In this document: positions 63,416 through 64,000 of the stretch, piece after piece
Numbering within the stretch: position 1 is the stretch's first letter
Layout of the letters: each line of letters starts with the position of its first letter
Assembly (NCBI GenBank): GCA_000165345.1
Contig: CM000431.1
Coordinates: forward strand, 352,001 to 416,000
DNA length: 64,000 nucleotides
Direction: 5' to 3'
Translations under genes and position numbers: made by a program
Notes under the pieces: model-generated
Told to the model about the DNA's origin: nothing
The model's database searches: none
The model's input: only the letters and a program-made list of their open reading frames with translations

Positions 63416-64000
63416 TTTAAAATCTCAAAATTCTAAGTTATGGAGCTTTAGCAAATAGTAATTTATTTGTATATTTTTACTTTATTATTAAACATATCTT
63501 TATCAGAGTATTCCAAAAGTTTTTGTTAATATAATCCACCTCTTATTAATACTAATTTTTCGATATTAATATTTCACTCCTCAATTTCCTACCGTTTATG
63601 CTTCTTTATTGTTTTCTTACACCTTTTGTTTGAATTTCTTTCATAAAATAAACTGGGGAGTAACTGGAGGGAAATTTTTTGTTGCTTTTTTATTAATATT
63701 TTGTTTTTTTTAAAATAATATTTATATATAAACAAGAAAGTTGTATTATGTCTTTTCTAACTCTGAAAATTTTTTCAATTCACATTATTCTTACTTTAGA
63801 TTTAGCTTAAATTCTCAATTTCTCAATAATAGTTTACTATTTTCTTAGCTTTCTCATAGAAATTATACAAAAGCCTACACAATATATTTTCAGTCATATA
63901 GTTATTTATATTTCTTCAAAATTATAATTCTTTAATTTATCGGAAATTAACCCAGGTATAGTTTGTACTTTTATTTCTTTTCCTACATAGCTTTCTTCGC

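Noticed and set aside
1-64000. Prokaryotic or phage interpretation (operons, CRISPR, defence islands, IS elements).
   Set aside because: Spliceosomal introns with GTAAGT donors are present. The gene content is eukaryotic (14-3-3, centrin, CDK, NMD3, RFC, prefoldin, cytosolic ribosomal proteins). There is no Shine-Dalgarno or operon structure and there are no CRISPR-like repeats.
1-64000. Ciliate or other alternative-genetic-code origin, suggested by the extreme AT richness.
   Set aside because: Long conserved ORFs end at TAA/TAG/TGA under the standard code and contain no in-frame TAA/TAG.
1-64000. tRNA, 5S rRNA, U-snRNA and rRNA genes.
   Set aside because: Scanning by eye for GGTTCGANTCC T-loops, the 5S GCCATACC box, and U1/U2/U4/U5/U6 conserved boxes found nothing convincing. 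A tRNAscan or Infernal run would be needed to be sure.

Overview
The window is an AT-rich (roughly 30% GC), gene-dense eukaryotic nuclear segment. Stop codons follow the standard code, which rules out ciliates. Introns are few and short, with GTAAGT/GTATGT donors and pyrimidine-CAG acceptors. Several features fit an apicomplexan of the Cryptosporidium type, and this is inference, not proof. These are a ~1300-aa double-domain PPi-phosphofructokinase, a palindromic TTTGGCGCCAAA or TTGGCGGGAA motif 60-450 bp upstream of nearly every gene, short intergenic spacers, and scattered N bases typical of a draft assembly. I support about 34 protein-coding genes. They are a partial HUWE1/Tom1-like HECT E3, prefoldin-6, a CNNM transporter, a Stm1/SERBP1-like protein, a Nab2-like CCCH protein, RPL14, an MGRN1-like RING E3, centrin, 14-3-3, RPL12, a UBA/UBX protein, a histone-fold protein, a secreted Pro/Thr/acidic glycoprotein, NMD3, a UBL protein, a METTL13-like methyltransferase, two tandem IQ-motif plus AMPK-beta-type CBM paralogs, a NAC-alpha/HYPK-type UBA mini-protein, PPi-PFK, Kish/TMEM167, SARNP/Tho1, a WBP4-like U1 zinc finger, RFC2, a tandem-GAF-like protein, a DUSP, PP2C, a CDK, and several hypotheticals. 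There is no prokaryotic, CRISPR or transposon signal. The best candidate for something the ORF track misses is a signal recognition particle (7SL) RNA gene on the minus strand at about 49733-50038. It is hidden under a spurious GC-rich ORF. It is transcribed divergently from the tiny Kish gene, and the two share one E2F/G-box-like element. The ORF track translates TTG (and possibly other non-ATG) initiators as M, so I re-derived many true ATG starts. I resolved several introns by eye: prefoldin, RPL14, SARNP, one IQ gene, the HYPK-like gene, and a 4-exon gene with a 6-nt first exon.
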